A program made the position numbers and the translations under genes. Below are positions 13,096 to 26,361 of a stretch of 64,000 nucleotides of DNA, piece by piece. Below the pieces are notes generated by a model, which did not search any database, was not told the DNA's origin, and worked only from the letters and a program-made list of their open reading frames with translations. Within the stretch, counting starts at the first letter, position 1. Each line of letters opens with the position of its first letter. The stretch comes from Octopus sinensis (Eukaryota): NCBI RefSeq assembly GCF_006345805.1, contig NC_042997.1:49786001-49850000 (forward strand), written 5' to 3'.

Positions 13096-13660
13096 TATTA
13101 TTATTATTATCATTATTGAGTGAGAGAGCAGTGCATGCCATCAAAGTGACACTGGGGTAAAATATACGAAGCCCAGTATACCCATCATGACTACATGGTG
13201 GTTTTGTTCAATCTTAACTGATTGAAAGTGTTATCATGTACATTGTTGTCTTGGTATAAAAGATGGGCTACAGCAAATATTCTGCTCAGTACCACAGATT
13301 TGCTTGTCAGTTGTTTGACCTTAACCAGTTGAGCATGTCCCTTAGTGGCTGACGATATGTGCATCTCTGATCACGGGCAGAAATAGTGGGGGAGCATCAT
13401 AGCCATGTGTTGAGAGGGATTCTTTGGGGTTTGAATAATTCACTCTGTAAACATGGTGGTTTTGTTCAACATCCTTAAACAACCCTTATTCAGGGATCTT
13501 TTGAGCAGCATTGGTTACTCGACCAGAAGAAAATTCTAACTGGGCCCCACCTGCAAGGTCATGTGCTGTTTATCTTGATATGAGATCACCATGTCGCGCA
13601 CACATGGTTGTGATGCATGTGCCTACTAGGCACATGCATCACAACCATTTTATTATTTTA
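13096..13660. mobile_element. Rearranged retroposon 3'-end fragment between (TTA)n tracts
   Basis: Starts and ends in (TTA)n-like runs; contains a 19-bp direct repeat (13193, 13451) and a 22-bp perfect hairpin (13604-13648). Confidence 0.55.
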
Positions 13661-13688
13661 TTATTATCATCATCATCATTATCATCAT

Positions 13689-13879
13689 CAAGGCGACAAG
13701 GTGGCAGAATTGTTAGCTCGCTGGACGAAATGCCAAACGGTATTTCGCCCGTCGCTACATTCTGAGGTCAAATTCCGCCGAGGTCGACGTTGCCGTATAT
13801 CCTTTCGGGGTCGATGTAATCGACTAAACCCCTCTACCAAATTTTCAGGTATTGTGCCTTTAGTAGAAAGGACTAATAT

Positions 13880-13880
<1 letters not shown>
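13689..13880 (+). mobile_element. SINE family B2
   Basis: aaggcgacaaggtggcagaattgttagc...cattctgaggtcaaattccgccgaggtcgac...gtattgtgcctttagtagaaagg. Confidence 0.8.
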
Positions 13881-13940
<60 letters not shown>

Positions 13941-14159
13941 ACTACCACCACCATCATAATCGTCATCATCAACATCATCATTATCATTATTAGGGTTATT
14001 ATTGCTATTTGTATTATTTTGTTTTATTATTTTTTAAAAACATTTATTTTTGTCATGTCGCATTGGTCCACAGTAAGTTTCCCACGAACTTTATTTTGAT
14101 GATTGAAACTCAAAACACAGTCTCACTATGTCAGGGCAGCCATCCTTACGGTTACTGCA

Positions 14160-14162
14160 CAT

Positions 14163-14217
<55 letters not shown>

Positions 14218-14760
14218 CATACGCACACACACACATACACACACACACACACACGTACATACACACACATACATACACATGTATTTATGCACATATATTT
14301 ATTCAAACGTATATTCATATACATAAACATCTGTATGTATACACGCACACACATACATATATACGCGCTCGCGCACTCATGTATTTAAATAAATTTAGAC
14401 GTGTATGCATGTGTGTATTCAGTAACTATAAAATATAGGAACAAAAATAGCTATCTTTTTTATCTATCTCCCTTTATACATACATACACAGAGACACATA
14501 CATACATGTATACATACACACACGCACACATATATTTATATTTATATAAATATATATGTATATATATATATGTGTGTGTGTATATATATATATATATGAA
14601 TGTATAAATATATAAATATACATACATACATACATATATATATATATAATATATACATACATACATATATATATATAATATATACATACATACATACATA
14701 TATATAATATATACATACATACATACATATATATAATATATACATACATACATATATATA

Positions 14761-14839
<79 letters not shown>

Positions 14840-15051
14840 GCTATTTAGTTAGACATGGCCTGGACCAATCTTTGGTCGAAACATATGTAAGTTTATATAT
14901 CTATACATATAAATTTGACATGGGTGATTCTTTCTTGTATATTTTTTTGTATAAATATATATATATATATATTATTATATATATATATATATATATATAG
15001 ATAGATAGATAGATAGATATATATATATATATAGATAGATATATATATATT

Positions 15052-15111
<60 letters not shown>

Positions 15112-15153
15112 GCAGACAGACAGATAGATAGATAGATAGATAGATAGACAGAC

Positions 15154-15202
<49 letters not shown>

Positions 15203-15231
15203 TACAGACAGACAGATAATTTGATAGATAG

Positions 15232-15300
<69 letters not shown>

Positions 15301-15305
15301 TAATT

Positions 15306-15342
<37 letters not shown>

Positions 15343-15350
15343 TAAAGAGA
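14160..15350. repeat. Compound microsatellite block: (CA)n, (TA)n, (TACA)n, (GATA)n, (GA)n
   Basis: Directly visible. Confidence 0.95.
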
Positions 15351-15540
15351 GAGATGTCGTTTTTGTATTTGGGTCGCAATATGCATTATTTGAATTCGTG
15401 TGTTGAATCATTCATTTTATTGTGTGTGTTTCTATGCCTTTATGAATGTATACCCACGAATGCACACATAGAACACATACACACATATATACTTATATGC
15501 ATAATTATTAGCGAGACCCTCCTTAATATATGTTTAAGAA

Positions 15541-15607
<67 letters not shown>

Positions 15608-15732
15608 CGAATGGATAATGCAATCGGTGAGACATGGATGTCATTATGTTATTAGTTAAATGCTGCAATGAGCGACATAGTATCTATGATGTACTAAGTT
15701 TCCACGACTATATATTGCAGTAGGGCTGTATA

Positions 15733-16130
15733 TTTATATATATAAAAGTGAGGTTGTATGGTGTCTGTCTCCTACGATTTAGATTCCTAACTACTCCCAC
15801 ATTTTGCGGTGCAGTTTAACCAAAAGCGGGTATCTTATAGTCGTCATTCATATCGAGCCCTTCTGGGTATTAGCGCGCGTCTACGATGAGTCTACGATTA
15901 AAAAAAAAATTACCATAATTTTTCCGCATTTTTAAACCATTTTTGCTCGGTTTCTATAAGGGAAGTAACTCTCTAAAAATGTATTATTAAATCTCAGAAC
16001 GTAAAAAGCTACAGTAACACCCCCCTTTGTGGTTAGCCATATTGAGATGGCTAATATACTTTACATCTCTAAAAATGCTTATATAGTTATTTCCCTTACA
16101 AACCCGAGCAACGCCGGGCGATACTGCTAG
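15733..16130 (+). mobile_element. Non-autonomous Helitron
   Basis: 5' tatatatataaaagtgagg; 3' hairpin cccgagcaacgccggg followed by CTAG then T; homologous to 20648-20949. Confidence 0.85.
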
Positions 16131-16508
16131 TATATATATATATATCATTTAGTTTAGTTTTCTGAGCTATGCATATACAAAAACCATGCTATTAAAAAGA
16201 TGAAGATAAACAAGAAATATTCACATGTATTCACACAACCACACACATGTAGGAAATATTTATGAATTGCTGTGCGTGTGTGTGTATGTGTGTGTGTGTT
16301 TGTGTGTGTATGTGTGTGTTTGTGTGTGTGTGTGAGTGTGTGCGTGTGTGTGAGTGACGTGCGTATATGGTGATGTGCGTTCGTGTGTGATGTGCGTGTG
16401 TGTGCGTATGATGTACGTATATGAGTGATGTGCGTGTGTGTGTATTTTATTCAGCATTACGGACAGACATATGCATTTAATATAATCATACATACTTGGA
16501 CGTATATA

Positions 16509-17362
16509 CGAGGTTTTCCGGACTAGCTATGTTAAATAAAAAATAACTTATTTACGCAAGTTTTAACATTATTTCCTTCGAAATAGACACCTTGCTCTTC
16601 AATACAATGGTCCCAGCGTTCCTGTCACTTTTGGAATCCCATCTGGGAGTCGTTTTCTGCAAGCGACCGAGGGCCTTCTGCGATTCGCTATGGATATCGA
16701 TTACGGTGTTAAAACAGCAACCGTTGAGCTGCATTTTCATCTTGGAGAAGAGATGGACGTCTGCAGGTGTTAAATCTTGCGAATAGGGCGAGTGCGGAAG
16801 CGATACCAGGGTGAATTGTCTTCGTGAAGAATCCAGTTCTTTGTGCTACACAGATCCGGTCCCTTTCGCCGAATGTCCTTCCTCAAACGCTTCAAAACTT
16901 CGCAGTAGAACTCTCTATTCACGTTCTGGCCTAGGGGGTCGAATTCTCGATGCACAATGCCACATTTCCGAATGTGACACTCGTGGGAGGTCTTCCAGAT
17001 CGCTCATTATCTTCCAGACCGCTCATCGTCTTCCAGGGGCGTTCTTCTGCTTTTGAAGCTCCGTACCACTCGAAACTTTGCGTACAACGCATTCCCTTAT
17101 CACTGTAAGCTTGTCGAAGCATGCTCAATGTCTCTATAGTAGACTTCCCAAGTTTAACACAAAATTTCACGTTGACTCTTTGTTCCAAGTTCCTATCCAT
17201 GACAAAATCGCAGACTACAGCATACACGTGATCACAAAAAACCCTCACAAATTTTACAACTTGCGGAGTAAACAGAGCGATGTCACTCGGCGCACGCAGC
17301 CGCGTGTTGCCATCTGTTGGCGCACTACACAACTAGTCCTGGAACTTTTTGATACCACCTCG
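16509..17362 (-). mobile_element. Internally deleted mariner transposon
   Basis: TA-flanked ends cgaggt..ttccggactag / ctagtcctggaactttttgataccacctcg. Encodes MDRNLEQRVNVKFCVKLGKSTIET (ATG at 17200), GQNVNREFYCEVLKRLR, WILHEDNSP and a C-terminal remnant. Confidence 0.92.
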
Positions 17363-17455
17363 TAAATGTAATTGTGTACGAAGGAAACCTGTGCGTATGT
17401 GTGTGTAAATGTATTGCTTTTCCTACAATATATAAACAGAGTCTGTTTGATGATA

Positions 17456-17619
17456 CGATGGGGTACTGAAAAGTTCTTGGCTTTGGGGGAAAGAAAATAC
17501 AGGAGTATCAGTTAATCATGATTTTATTCAATATATTCCTCTCTTTGATTCATACACTTATTGCAGCGGTCCTTCAGTTTTTCTAAACCCTTAAAGCCAG
17601 GACTTTTCGATACCGTTCG
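17456..17619. mobile_element. Mariner-type MITE (internally deleted)
   Basis: TA|cgatggggtactgaaaagttcttggcttt ... aaagccaggacttttcgataccgttcg|TA; same family as 47100-47307. Confidence 0.8.
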
Positions 17620-17920
17620 TATGTACATATACATGTGTTTCTATTCATGTATCTATGCACCCATCTTTCCTCTTTATATCTACACCATTTGTCTTAAACT
17701 TATACTTATTGCCTTTTTCTCGCTTCCCATGCCTGAGCCATTCTTTCTGACAAAAGTAGCATTAATTTTCTTGGTCGTTCAATTTCGTTCAACCGACCAA
17801 TGATCCGATTGAGTAAACCTATGAATAACGAATCTATGAAGGACTACTGGAAACAACTGTAAGTCAAATTTACTACAATAAAGGAAAATTTGTAAGGACC
17901 ATTATTTATGCGTCGCCAAG

Positions 17921-17977
<57 letters not shown>

Positions 17978-18145
17978 GGATGCATACATGCATGCATGCG
18001 TACATACATACATACATACATACATACATACATACATACATACATACATACATACATACTACATACATACATACATGTATATGTATCTGTACACGCACAC
18101 ACACACACACAAACACACTCACATATATACATACACGCAAACATA

Positions 18146-18450
18146 TGAAGACTGCCTGATATTGTGAGATGACAGCCATTTCACAATAATGTCTAATAGT
18201 TCTAATTTGCTTTCGTCCACGCATGCGTGCAGATTAACTTTGCACGTTGGTATTGGTACTCATCCATCGTCACAGAATTTTATTAAATACGAAACGTATC
18301 AAGAAGTGAAACGATGATAAGGCATCTGTACGTCATTGGATTTAAGTGGTAAAAGCCTGTACAACACTTTTGCCACACACTCGGTCGCCTTAGTCAGGTT
18401 CTATTGACAAGTATTACAAAATGACTGATACAATTTTGACCGCAATATTT
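18146..18450. repeat. Old interspersed repeat homologous to 21905-22170
   Basis: Shared gatgacagcc and tggattta.gtg..aaaagc.tgt.caacacttttgcc blocks; possibly RT-derived, identity unresolved. Confidence 0.55.
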
Positions 18451-18461
18451 CGTCTGAGCAG

Positions 18462-18963
18462 GGTGGCGAGCTGGCAGAATCGTTAGCACACCGGACGAAA
18501 TGCTTAGCGGTATTTCGTCTGTTTTTATGTTATGAGTTCAAATTCCGCCGAGGTCGACTTTGCCTTTCATCCTTAATCGACTTAATCCGTTTGTCTGTCT
18601 TTGTTTGTCCTCTCTGTGTTTAGCCCCTTGTGGGTAGTAAAGAAATAGGTATTTCGTCTGCCGCTACGTTCTGAGTTCAAATTCCGCCGAGGTCGACTTT
18701 GCCTTTCATCCTTAATCGACTTAATCCGTTTGTCTGTCCTTGTTTGTCCTCTCTGAGTTTAGCCCCTTGTGGGTAGTAAAGAAACAGGTATTTCGTCTGT
18801 TTTTATGTTCTGAGTTCAAATTCCACCGAGGTCGGCTTTACCATTCCTTTATTTTTTTTTTCGGTGCTCGATAAATTAAGTACCAGTAACATACTGAGGT
18901 CGATCTAATCTTCTGGCCCCCTCCCCAGAAATTTCGGGCCTTGTGCTTAGAGTAGAAAAGAAT
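18462..18963 (+). mobile_element. SINE family B head plus three bodies
   Basis: Junctions agaaataggtatttcgtctg (18641) and agaaacaggtatttcgtctg (18780); bodies 1 and 2 share a deletion; body 3 has the B2 tail. Confidence 0.9.
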
Positions 18964-20266
18964 TTTTCGTCTGAGTATCTTCCTCATATCAAAAACAAAG
19001 GGAGCTTTTCCTACTCCTTGGAAACCCCTCAAGTTAAGTTTTGGTGTTTAGCAATCAATATTCTTTTCTCTTTTGGATTCGAAGTCAATTTTTTTTCTAC
19101 GTTAATTTTGGTAATTTTTAATTTTCACAAGAAAAAATTCTGAAATGGGGTAAAATGAGTAATAACTAATTTCAATGATTTCTTCTCTTTAACTGCATCG
19201 ACCTTAAATACATGAGGAAGAGAGCCACTCCAGAAATTCGTGAAGAAGCCATAGAAAATATTTTATGTTGAGCTTTTAGATTTAGTCGAGTTTCGTTAAT
19301 TTCGTATCATGCGTTATTTTTTCATGATCCTGTTACATTTGACCCAGATATTAAAACTTTTTGTTACATTTCTGATTTTCCTGAAGTCTAAAGATGAATA
19401 TTAATGTGTATGAGTCTTTTTCCAAATGTAATTCTGGAGATTTTTTAATTGTAGAGACAAACTTACCTTATTTTGTCTTACTCATTTAGCCCCACCTACA
19501 TTTTTGTTTCCATATGCTCAAAAAGAACGGAGGTAATTTTTCTGAAATAGTGTTCTGCATATGTTAGTGCTTTTAATGAATTTGCATCGCCGATATAGTT
19601 TTTGTAAGACAGTAAACATTTGTAAAAGATTTTTTTTTCTCAAAGTCAAAAATGCAGTAAATATTACTCATTATGAACCACTCACCCCTTACTGAGTTCA
19701 AATACTGCCGAAGCCCGCTTGGATGGTAGACTTAATTCCATTTGGCACATTGGATATCATTAGGGAAGTCCATTCCGTTCGAAGTAATTCGAACCAAGTC
19801 TCCGGTTTGACGACACCTTCCTCCTTAGTTCGGAAGGGTTCACGAATTTTTAAAACGTTTACTAGCGTACTGTGTGTATAGCTATTTTCATATCTCGTCA
19901 ATTTGAACCGGTTACTTGACCGGTCTGGAAACACAAGTAGCACTCGGAATCCCTGTTCGATCTAAAGACTGGTAGTTTAAAAGCATATGAATCATTTTGA
20001 AAATCTCAGTAGCAGATGATTCGATTTTCAGGCAAAAGTGTAATGCAGAAATGATGCAAGGATTTTTCAGTCACTCGAGCAAACGTTGCAAAACGTCGTG
20101 TTATAAGTCTACGAAGCACGTTTGCATACAGGGTCAGGAGAGGGATCATCAACTGTGCGCACATTTCCGTTGAAGCAGAGCACAGCACACATTCTTAGGA
20201 AACTTTCTGATAATACCTACTGTGCTTCTGTGCGCGTGTGTGTGTGCCTCTGTGCGTGTGTGCTTC

Positions 20267-20297
<31 letters not shown>

Positions 20298-20545
20298 GCC
20301 TCTCTGTGTGTGAGTGTGTCTGTACATACATATATAGACACACACTTATACATAAATACACTGAGATACAAACATACATAAACACACACACATGTATGTA
20401 TGTATGTATGTATATATGTATGTATGTATGTATGCATGCATGTATGTATGTATGTATGTATGTATGTATGTATGTATGTATGTATGCATGCATGTATGTA
20501 TAAAGGCCTGAACAGATTTTATATATTTCTTGTACATAAATATAA

Positions 20546-20585
<40 letters not shown>

Positions 20586-20610
20586 ATACATGGATACAAA
20601 AACATATATG

Positions 20611-20647
<37 letters not shown>

Positions 20648-20650
<3 letters not shown>

Positions 20651-20949
20651 TATGGCCCGGCGTTGGTCGGGTTTGTAAGGGAAATAACTATATAAGCATT
20701 TTTAGAGAGTTACTTCCCTTATATAACCCGAGCAAAAATCATTAAAAATGCGGAAAAATGATGGTAAATTTTTTTTTAATCGTAGACTCATCGTAGACGC
20801 GCGCTAATACCCAGAAGGGTTTGATATGAAGGACGACTATAAGATACCCGCTTTTGGTTAAACTGCACCGCAAAACGTGGGAGTAGTTAGGAATCTAAAT
20901 TGGAGGAGACAAAGTCTCACATACACAACTTAAATTTTATATATAAAGA
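20648..20949 (-). mobile_element. Non-autonomous Helitron, second copy
   Basis: Reverse complement begins A|TCtttatatataaaa and ends with hairpin cccgaccaacgccggg; lacks the 96-bp internal segment of copy 1. Confidence 0.85.
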
Positions 20950-21235
20950 TATATCACCGTGACCGACCAGGCTATCAGATGTTGCTACACATCGCTGGTC
21001 ACAATGCGCATTGTTTTAGCCTTCAAATGACGACATCCCACTGGCTAAGCGAGGAGGCCGGCAGAAGAAAAAGTGAGAGAAAGTTGTGGCGAAAGAGTAC
21101 AGCAGGGCTCGCCACCACCCCCTGCCGGAGCCTCGTGGAGCTTCAGGTGTTTTCGCTCAATAAACACTCACAACGCCGAGTCTGGGAATCGAAACCGCGA
21201 GTCCACGGCCCTAACCACTGGGCCATTGCGCCTCC
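20950..21235 (-). mobile_element. tRNA-derived SINE sharing head and body with 12077 but with a different tail
   Basis: Reverse complement ggaggcgcaatggcccagtggttaggg...ctccacgaggctcc...ctttcgccacaactttctctcac, then tail gcgcattgtgaccagcgatgtgtagcaacatctgatagcctggtcggtcacgg. Confidence 0.8.
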
Positions 21236-21298
21236 ATACATATAGCCTCTATATACATATAGCAATATGTATACATACATAAATTTACACATACATGC

Positions 21299-21352
<54 letters not shown>

Positions 21353-21904
21353 ATCAGTTATGCAATGTTTCACCAAGATGTACATATGTACATATATATA
21401 TATATAATATGTGTGTGGTGTGTGTGTGTGTGTGTGTGTTGTGTGTGTGTGTGTGTGTATGATATATTATAGATTTATATATATATATTATATATATATA
21501 TTATGTGGCTCTGGTGGTTTGTGCATTATAGAAGTTTGATGTTATTAGATAAATGTTGTAATGTCTGACATAGTGTCTCTATAACATGAAGTTTCCACGA
21601 CAATATATATCGCAGCACTGCAGCAAAATACAGCATTTAGTTTAATTCTCTGAGCTATGCATGTACAAATAAATATGCTGTTGAAAGAACTCGGCCGGGC
21701 ACATAAACATTCATCCACATAAATATAGACATACGCACGCACATATATACTATTTGTGAGAGCGTCAGTTCGTGTGTGCATACTTGTGACATCCGTTCTC
21801 ATATGTAAGCAGCGAGATTATATTTTTGCTTATGTGTATACATATGCACACCATACATGCATACACACATACACACATACACACATACATGATAAATGCC
21901 TCAT

Positions 21905-22170
21905 CATGTCAGATGACAGCCGTCTTACATTCAACTTGCTTTTTCTGATTTGCTTTCATCTTGCGTATATGCAGATATCCATTGCCATAGGACTCTATAA
22001 AATAGGAAACGGATCAAGAAATGAAATGATAGTGAGACATCTGTATATTACTGGATTTATGTGACAAAAGCTTGTCCAACACTTTTGCCGCCCTCCCAGT
22101 CGCCATAGCAGGTTTTAGTGACAAGCATTGCAAGATGACTGGTCGTATATTGACTGCAAGTTTTATGACG
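21905..22170. repeat. Old interspersed repeat homologous to 18146-18450
   Basis: Shared blocks as listed for 18146-18450. Confidence 0.55.
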
Positions 22171-23270
22171 GAGTATCTTTCTCCTAGAAGCGATACATTC
22201 TCCACAGTTTTGTCAAAAATAACAGGACTCTCTTCTACCTCAGAGAAAACCATTTAACCCATAGATCGGACCCTGACAAGTACTACTGTTCCAGGTTAGA
22301 ACAGCCCTTGGAGTAATGGTACTTAAGGGGTTATTCCACGCTATCAACAAATGCAGAATTCCCCAACTAGAGCAATACGACCGGATGCAGTTTATTGTCG
22401 TACCCAGGATATATACATACATACATACATACATACATACATACATACATACATACTTACATACATACATATGTACATACATACATTAGGTTTTATTAGT
22501 AAATGCTTAAAGAATTTGGATAAACTAGGATTTTCAGAAAGAGAAATCGACCGGCTAATTCGGACATTACAAGTGCAATCTGTGACTGGAACAGTAAAAT
22601 TATATGCAAGTTCCAAATGCGAATTTGTCTGTGTTAAATACATCCCAAAGATAGAGCCTTGTATCTTTTCTGGAAACCGGCACCCTCCTCAGTGGAAGAT
22701 TTATAATAATTAAAAAATAGAATATACATACATACATACATACATACATACATACATACATACATACATGCATGCATGCATGCATGCATACATACATACA
22801 TACATACATACATGAATGCATACATACATGAATGCATACATACATACATTCATTCATACATACATACATACATACATACATACATACATACATACATACA
22901 TACATACATACATACATGCATGCATACATATACGAACACGTGTGTATGTGCGTGTGAGTGTCTGTGTGTAAATATATATAAATATGTATATTCAAATGCA
23001 TTATATATGCATATATATATAGACATACATGCACACACACACACACACACATACACACACACAATGTATATATTCTTTTGATACAGTCCTATGATTCTGG
23101 TATCAACAGAAACCTTATGTGCCCAGTGTTTTGGCATCAGCGGAAATGAAAATAAGCTCCAGTTGTAAATTAATTTTATGCTTGTATACAGTCGGGGAAA
23201 ACCTCCCTATTTTCGACTACCCTCCTATCTATTTTTCTCCCTCTCTCCCTCTCAATATATACATATGTAA

Positions 23271-23351
<81 letters not shown>

Positions 23352-23377
23352 ACACACATATATATATATATATATAC

Positions 23378-23826
23378 TAAGTAAAGGGTTTAGCAACGAT
23401 TTGCCTCACCACACCGAATTTAGAAATAGCAGTAAAGAGTTATAGCTATTCTTTCTACTAAAGGGAGATCTCAGTAAAACCAAGCATTGAAAGGCAAACA
23501 CAGACAGGCAAGAGAGAAAGAAATGACGGCAATCTATCATACAATTTTAGTCACCTACGGACGTACGTTTCGAATTAAGTTTTAGGAAAGCATAAGAATT
23601 AGATAATTATGTGTTACCCAACTTTTTCTCATCAGCGTAGGACACTACAATTATGAATAATTGTATATTAAATTTCGAGATACTAGAAGGCATCATCTCA
23701 ACTCAGTATCAGAGCGAGCTAAAACCGTTACCAGTATCACCAAATTCAAAGTGTGAATGAAAGTTGTGTCACCAACCCCTTCCCACCAGCGTGTAGCCAA
23801 GACAAGATGTTGTGGTCATTTACTGG

Positions 23827-23830
<4 letters not shown>
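23378..23830 (-). mobile_element. Short (TA)n-flanked element carrying a hammerhead; probable Penelope-like pseudo-LTR fragment
   Basis: Homologous to 63281-63560; bounded by (TA)n on both sides. Confidence 0.7.
23548..23647 (-). ncRNA. Type I hammerhead ribozyme motif (canonical core)
   Basis: Reverse complement: cctacg CTGATGA g...c GAAA cgtacg TC cgtagg; 6-bp stem I, palindromic stem III, GUC site. Confidence 0.88.
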
Positions 23831-23886
<56 letters not shown>

Positions 23887-23939
23887 GATATATATACATA
23901 TATATATAGGAATATATAATATATATGAACATATATATA

Positions 23940-24342
23940 GGCGCAGGAGTGGCTATATAGTAGTAGCTTGCTTACACCACATGGTTCTGGGTTCAGTCCC
24001 ACTGCGTGGCACCTTGGGCAAGTGTATTCTACTATAGCCTCGGGCCGACCATGGCCTTGTGAGTGGATTTGGAGACGGAAACTGAAAGAAGCCTGTCGTA
24101 TATATGTATATATATATATGTGTGCGTGTGTGTTTGTGTGTCTGTGTTTGTCCCTCTAGCATGCTTGAAACGATGCTGGTGTATTATGTCCCAGTTACTT
24201 AGCAGTTCGGCAAGAGATCGATAGAATAAGTACTGGGCTTACAAGAATAAGTCCCGGGGTCGAGTTGCTCGATTTAAAGGCGGTGCTCCAGCATGGCCGC
24301 AGCAAATGACTGAAACGAGTAAAAGAGTAAAAGAGTAAAAGA
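23940..24342 (+). mobile_element. SINE family A
   Basis: ggcgcaggagtggct head through gcggtgctccagcatggccgcagcaaatgactgaaacgag(taaaagag)n tail. Confidence 0.9.
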
Positions 24343-25015
24343 ATATGTACATATATATGCGAACATATAATATATATATATATATATCTATATATATATA
24401 TAATATATTAATATACACACAGTTTATAAATTTGTACACACACTGAATCGACATTTACATTGGTACTGACTAATCTTAAACGGGAATGTGTTGTCACTTT
24501 CTCGGTGACTAAAATTTTATATTGCTCTGAACTTAAACAGTGTACAGGAAAACAAACACGCATAACTATATAAATAAATACGTATATAAACATATACATA
24601 CCTAGACACACACTCACTCACACACACATCCGCGCTCGTACAGACACACACACACACATAGAATACAAGCACATTTCATTAAAATTAAGAAAAGCCCATG
24701 GGGTTTAATGTTACTGTAAGACTTTTAAAGGAACTGAAGCATGGTGATGCGATGAGTCACTTGACATATAATAATTTGTACGAGCAAATGAAGGAAATGA
24801 AGTAGGAGCATATATGTAAATAGATTCCATATATATGTATGTGTGTGTATATATATATATTATATATATATATAGATATATATATATATATTATATATAT
24901 ATATACTACTATTATCTATATGTGCATATAAACACACATAAACACATATAACCTGCATATAAGAATATTTGCATATATGTATATGTATACGTATATGTGT
25001 ATATATGTATATATG

Positions 25016-25047
<32 letters not shown>

Positions 25048-25127
25048 CATACATACGTATAAATGTAGGCGTACGTATATATATAGAAACATATACGCAT
25101 ATCTATGTATATATATGTATATGTATG

Positions 25128-25158
<31 letters not shown>

Positions 25159-25166
25159 AAATACAT

Positions 25167-25199
<33 letters not shown>

Positions 25200-25506
25200 C
25201 ATATATATATACTTTTATATATATATATATACATATATATATATAAAGGAATACCAAAAATGGGACAAGAACGCAAAACATCCAGGACAGATGATACAAA
25301 TAAACAAGGACGGGTCATTCGGAGTTTTCTTTCCTCAGTCGAATTCCAGATTATCTTTGCCATTTCGGCTTGTTATACTCGAGATTGCTCCAGTCTTGCC
25401 AGCCACAAGGAAAACTGCCTCTACCTCTCTCTTCTCTCCCCACGTGACCGGTATTCGGCTAAGCCTGACCTTTCTTTCTTGGGTCGACTACTATCCATAT
25501 ATATAT

Positions 25507-25542
<36 letters not shown>

Positions 25543-26287
25543 GATAATAGATAGATAGATATAAATGAATCACACATAATATATATATATATACACACAC
25601 ATATATATACACATATTCATATATAGATACTTACATACATGCACGCATACATACATACATAAATGCATGCGTATGAATATAGGTGTGCGTAAATATATAT
25701 AGAAACATGTACGGATGTATATATGTTTGTCTATATACGCACACAAACATATACGTATAATTGTTTGCGTACACACGCACGCAAATATATATGCATAATT
25801 GCATGTGCACGCACATGCACATACACACACATATGACACATATGTCTGTATATGCAAGCATATATATATACATACATAGGTAACCATATATATCTCATAA
25901 CTATGGTAATACTTTTATTACGTCTATGTATATATAACTATACTTTCACATGTGTCTATAGTGTATATGTCTATACTTGTATTTGTATACTATTAATACT
26001 AGTTTTCCTTTAAATTTTTTTTACTTTTCACTTTCCGTTTCTTATCTTCTGAAACACATGAACCAAACTCTTAGGATCAATTTTCACTTTGCCAGCCAAT
26101 CAAAACTCACAGAACTGTCGCTTGCCCACCGCGCCCATTCTCATGAAAGCTAACTAGCTTAAATCTGACGCTAAAACTTTTCTGCATTGTGCTTCTTATT
26201 GTGCTAGAAATAACATATAACTGTGTGAAGAATATTGTCTATCTTCTGAAATGTCACCAGGAATGACTGCAGCCTACTAAATCGGAA

Positions 26288-26361
<74 letters not shown>

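Noticed and set aside
14857-14894. gacc-aatcttt-ggtc GAAA CATATG TA, the 3' half of a hammerhead
   Set aside because: No CUGANGA-like core or stem I partner upstream; at best a truncated relic.
19698-20188. Protein-looking short ORFs (81 aa and 60 aa, - strand)
   Set aside because: No recognisable domain or consistent splice pattern; one end overlaps a SINE-B remnant.
25309-25340. - strand CTGAGGA...ccGAAT hammerhead-like string
   Set aside because: GAAU instead of GAAA, no workable stem III and only a 2-bp stem I.
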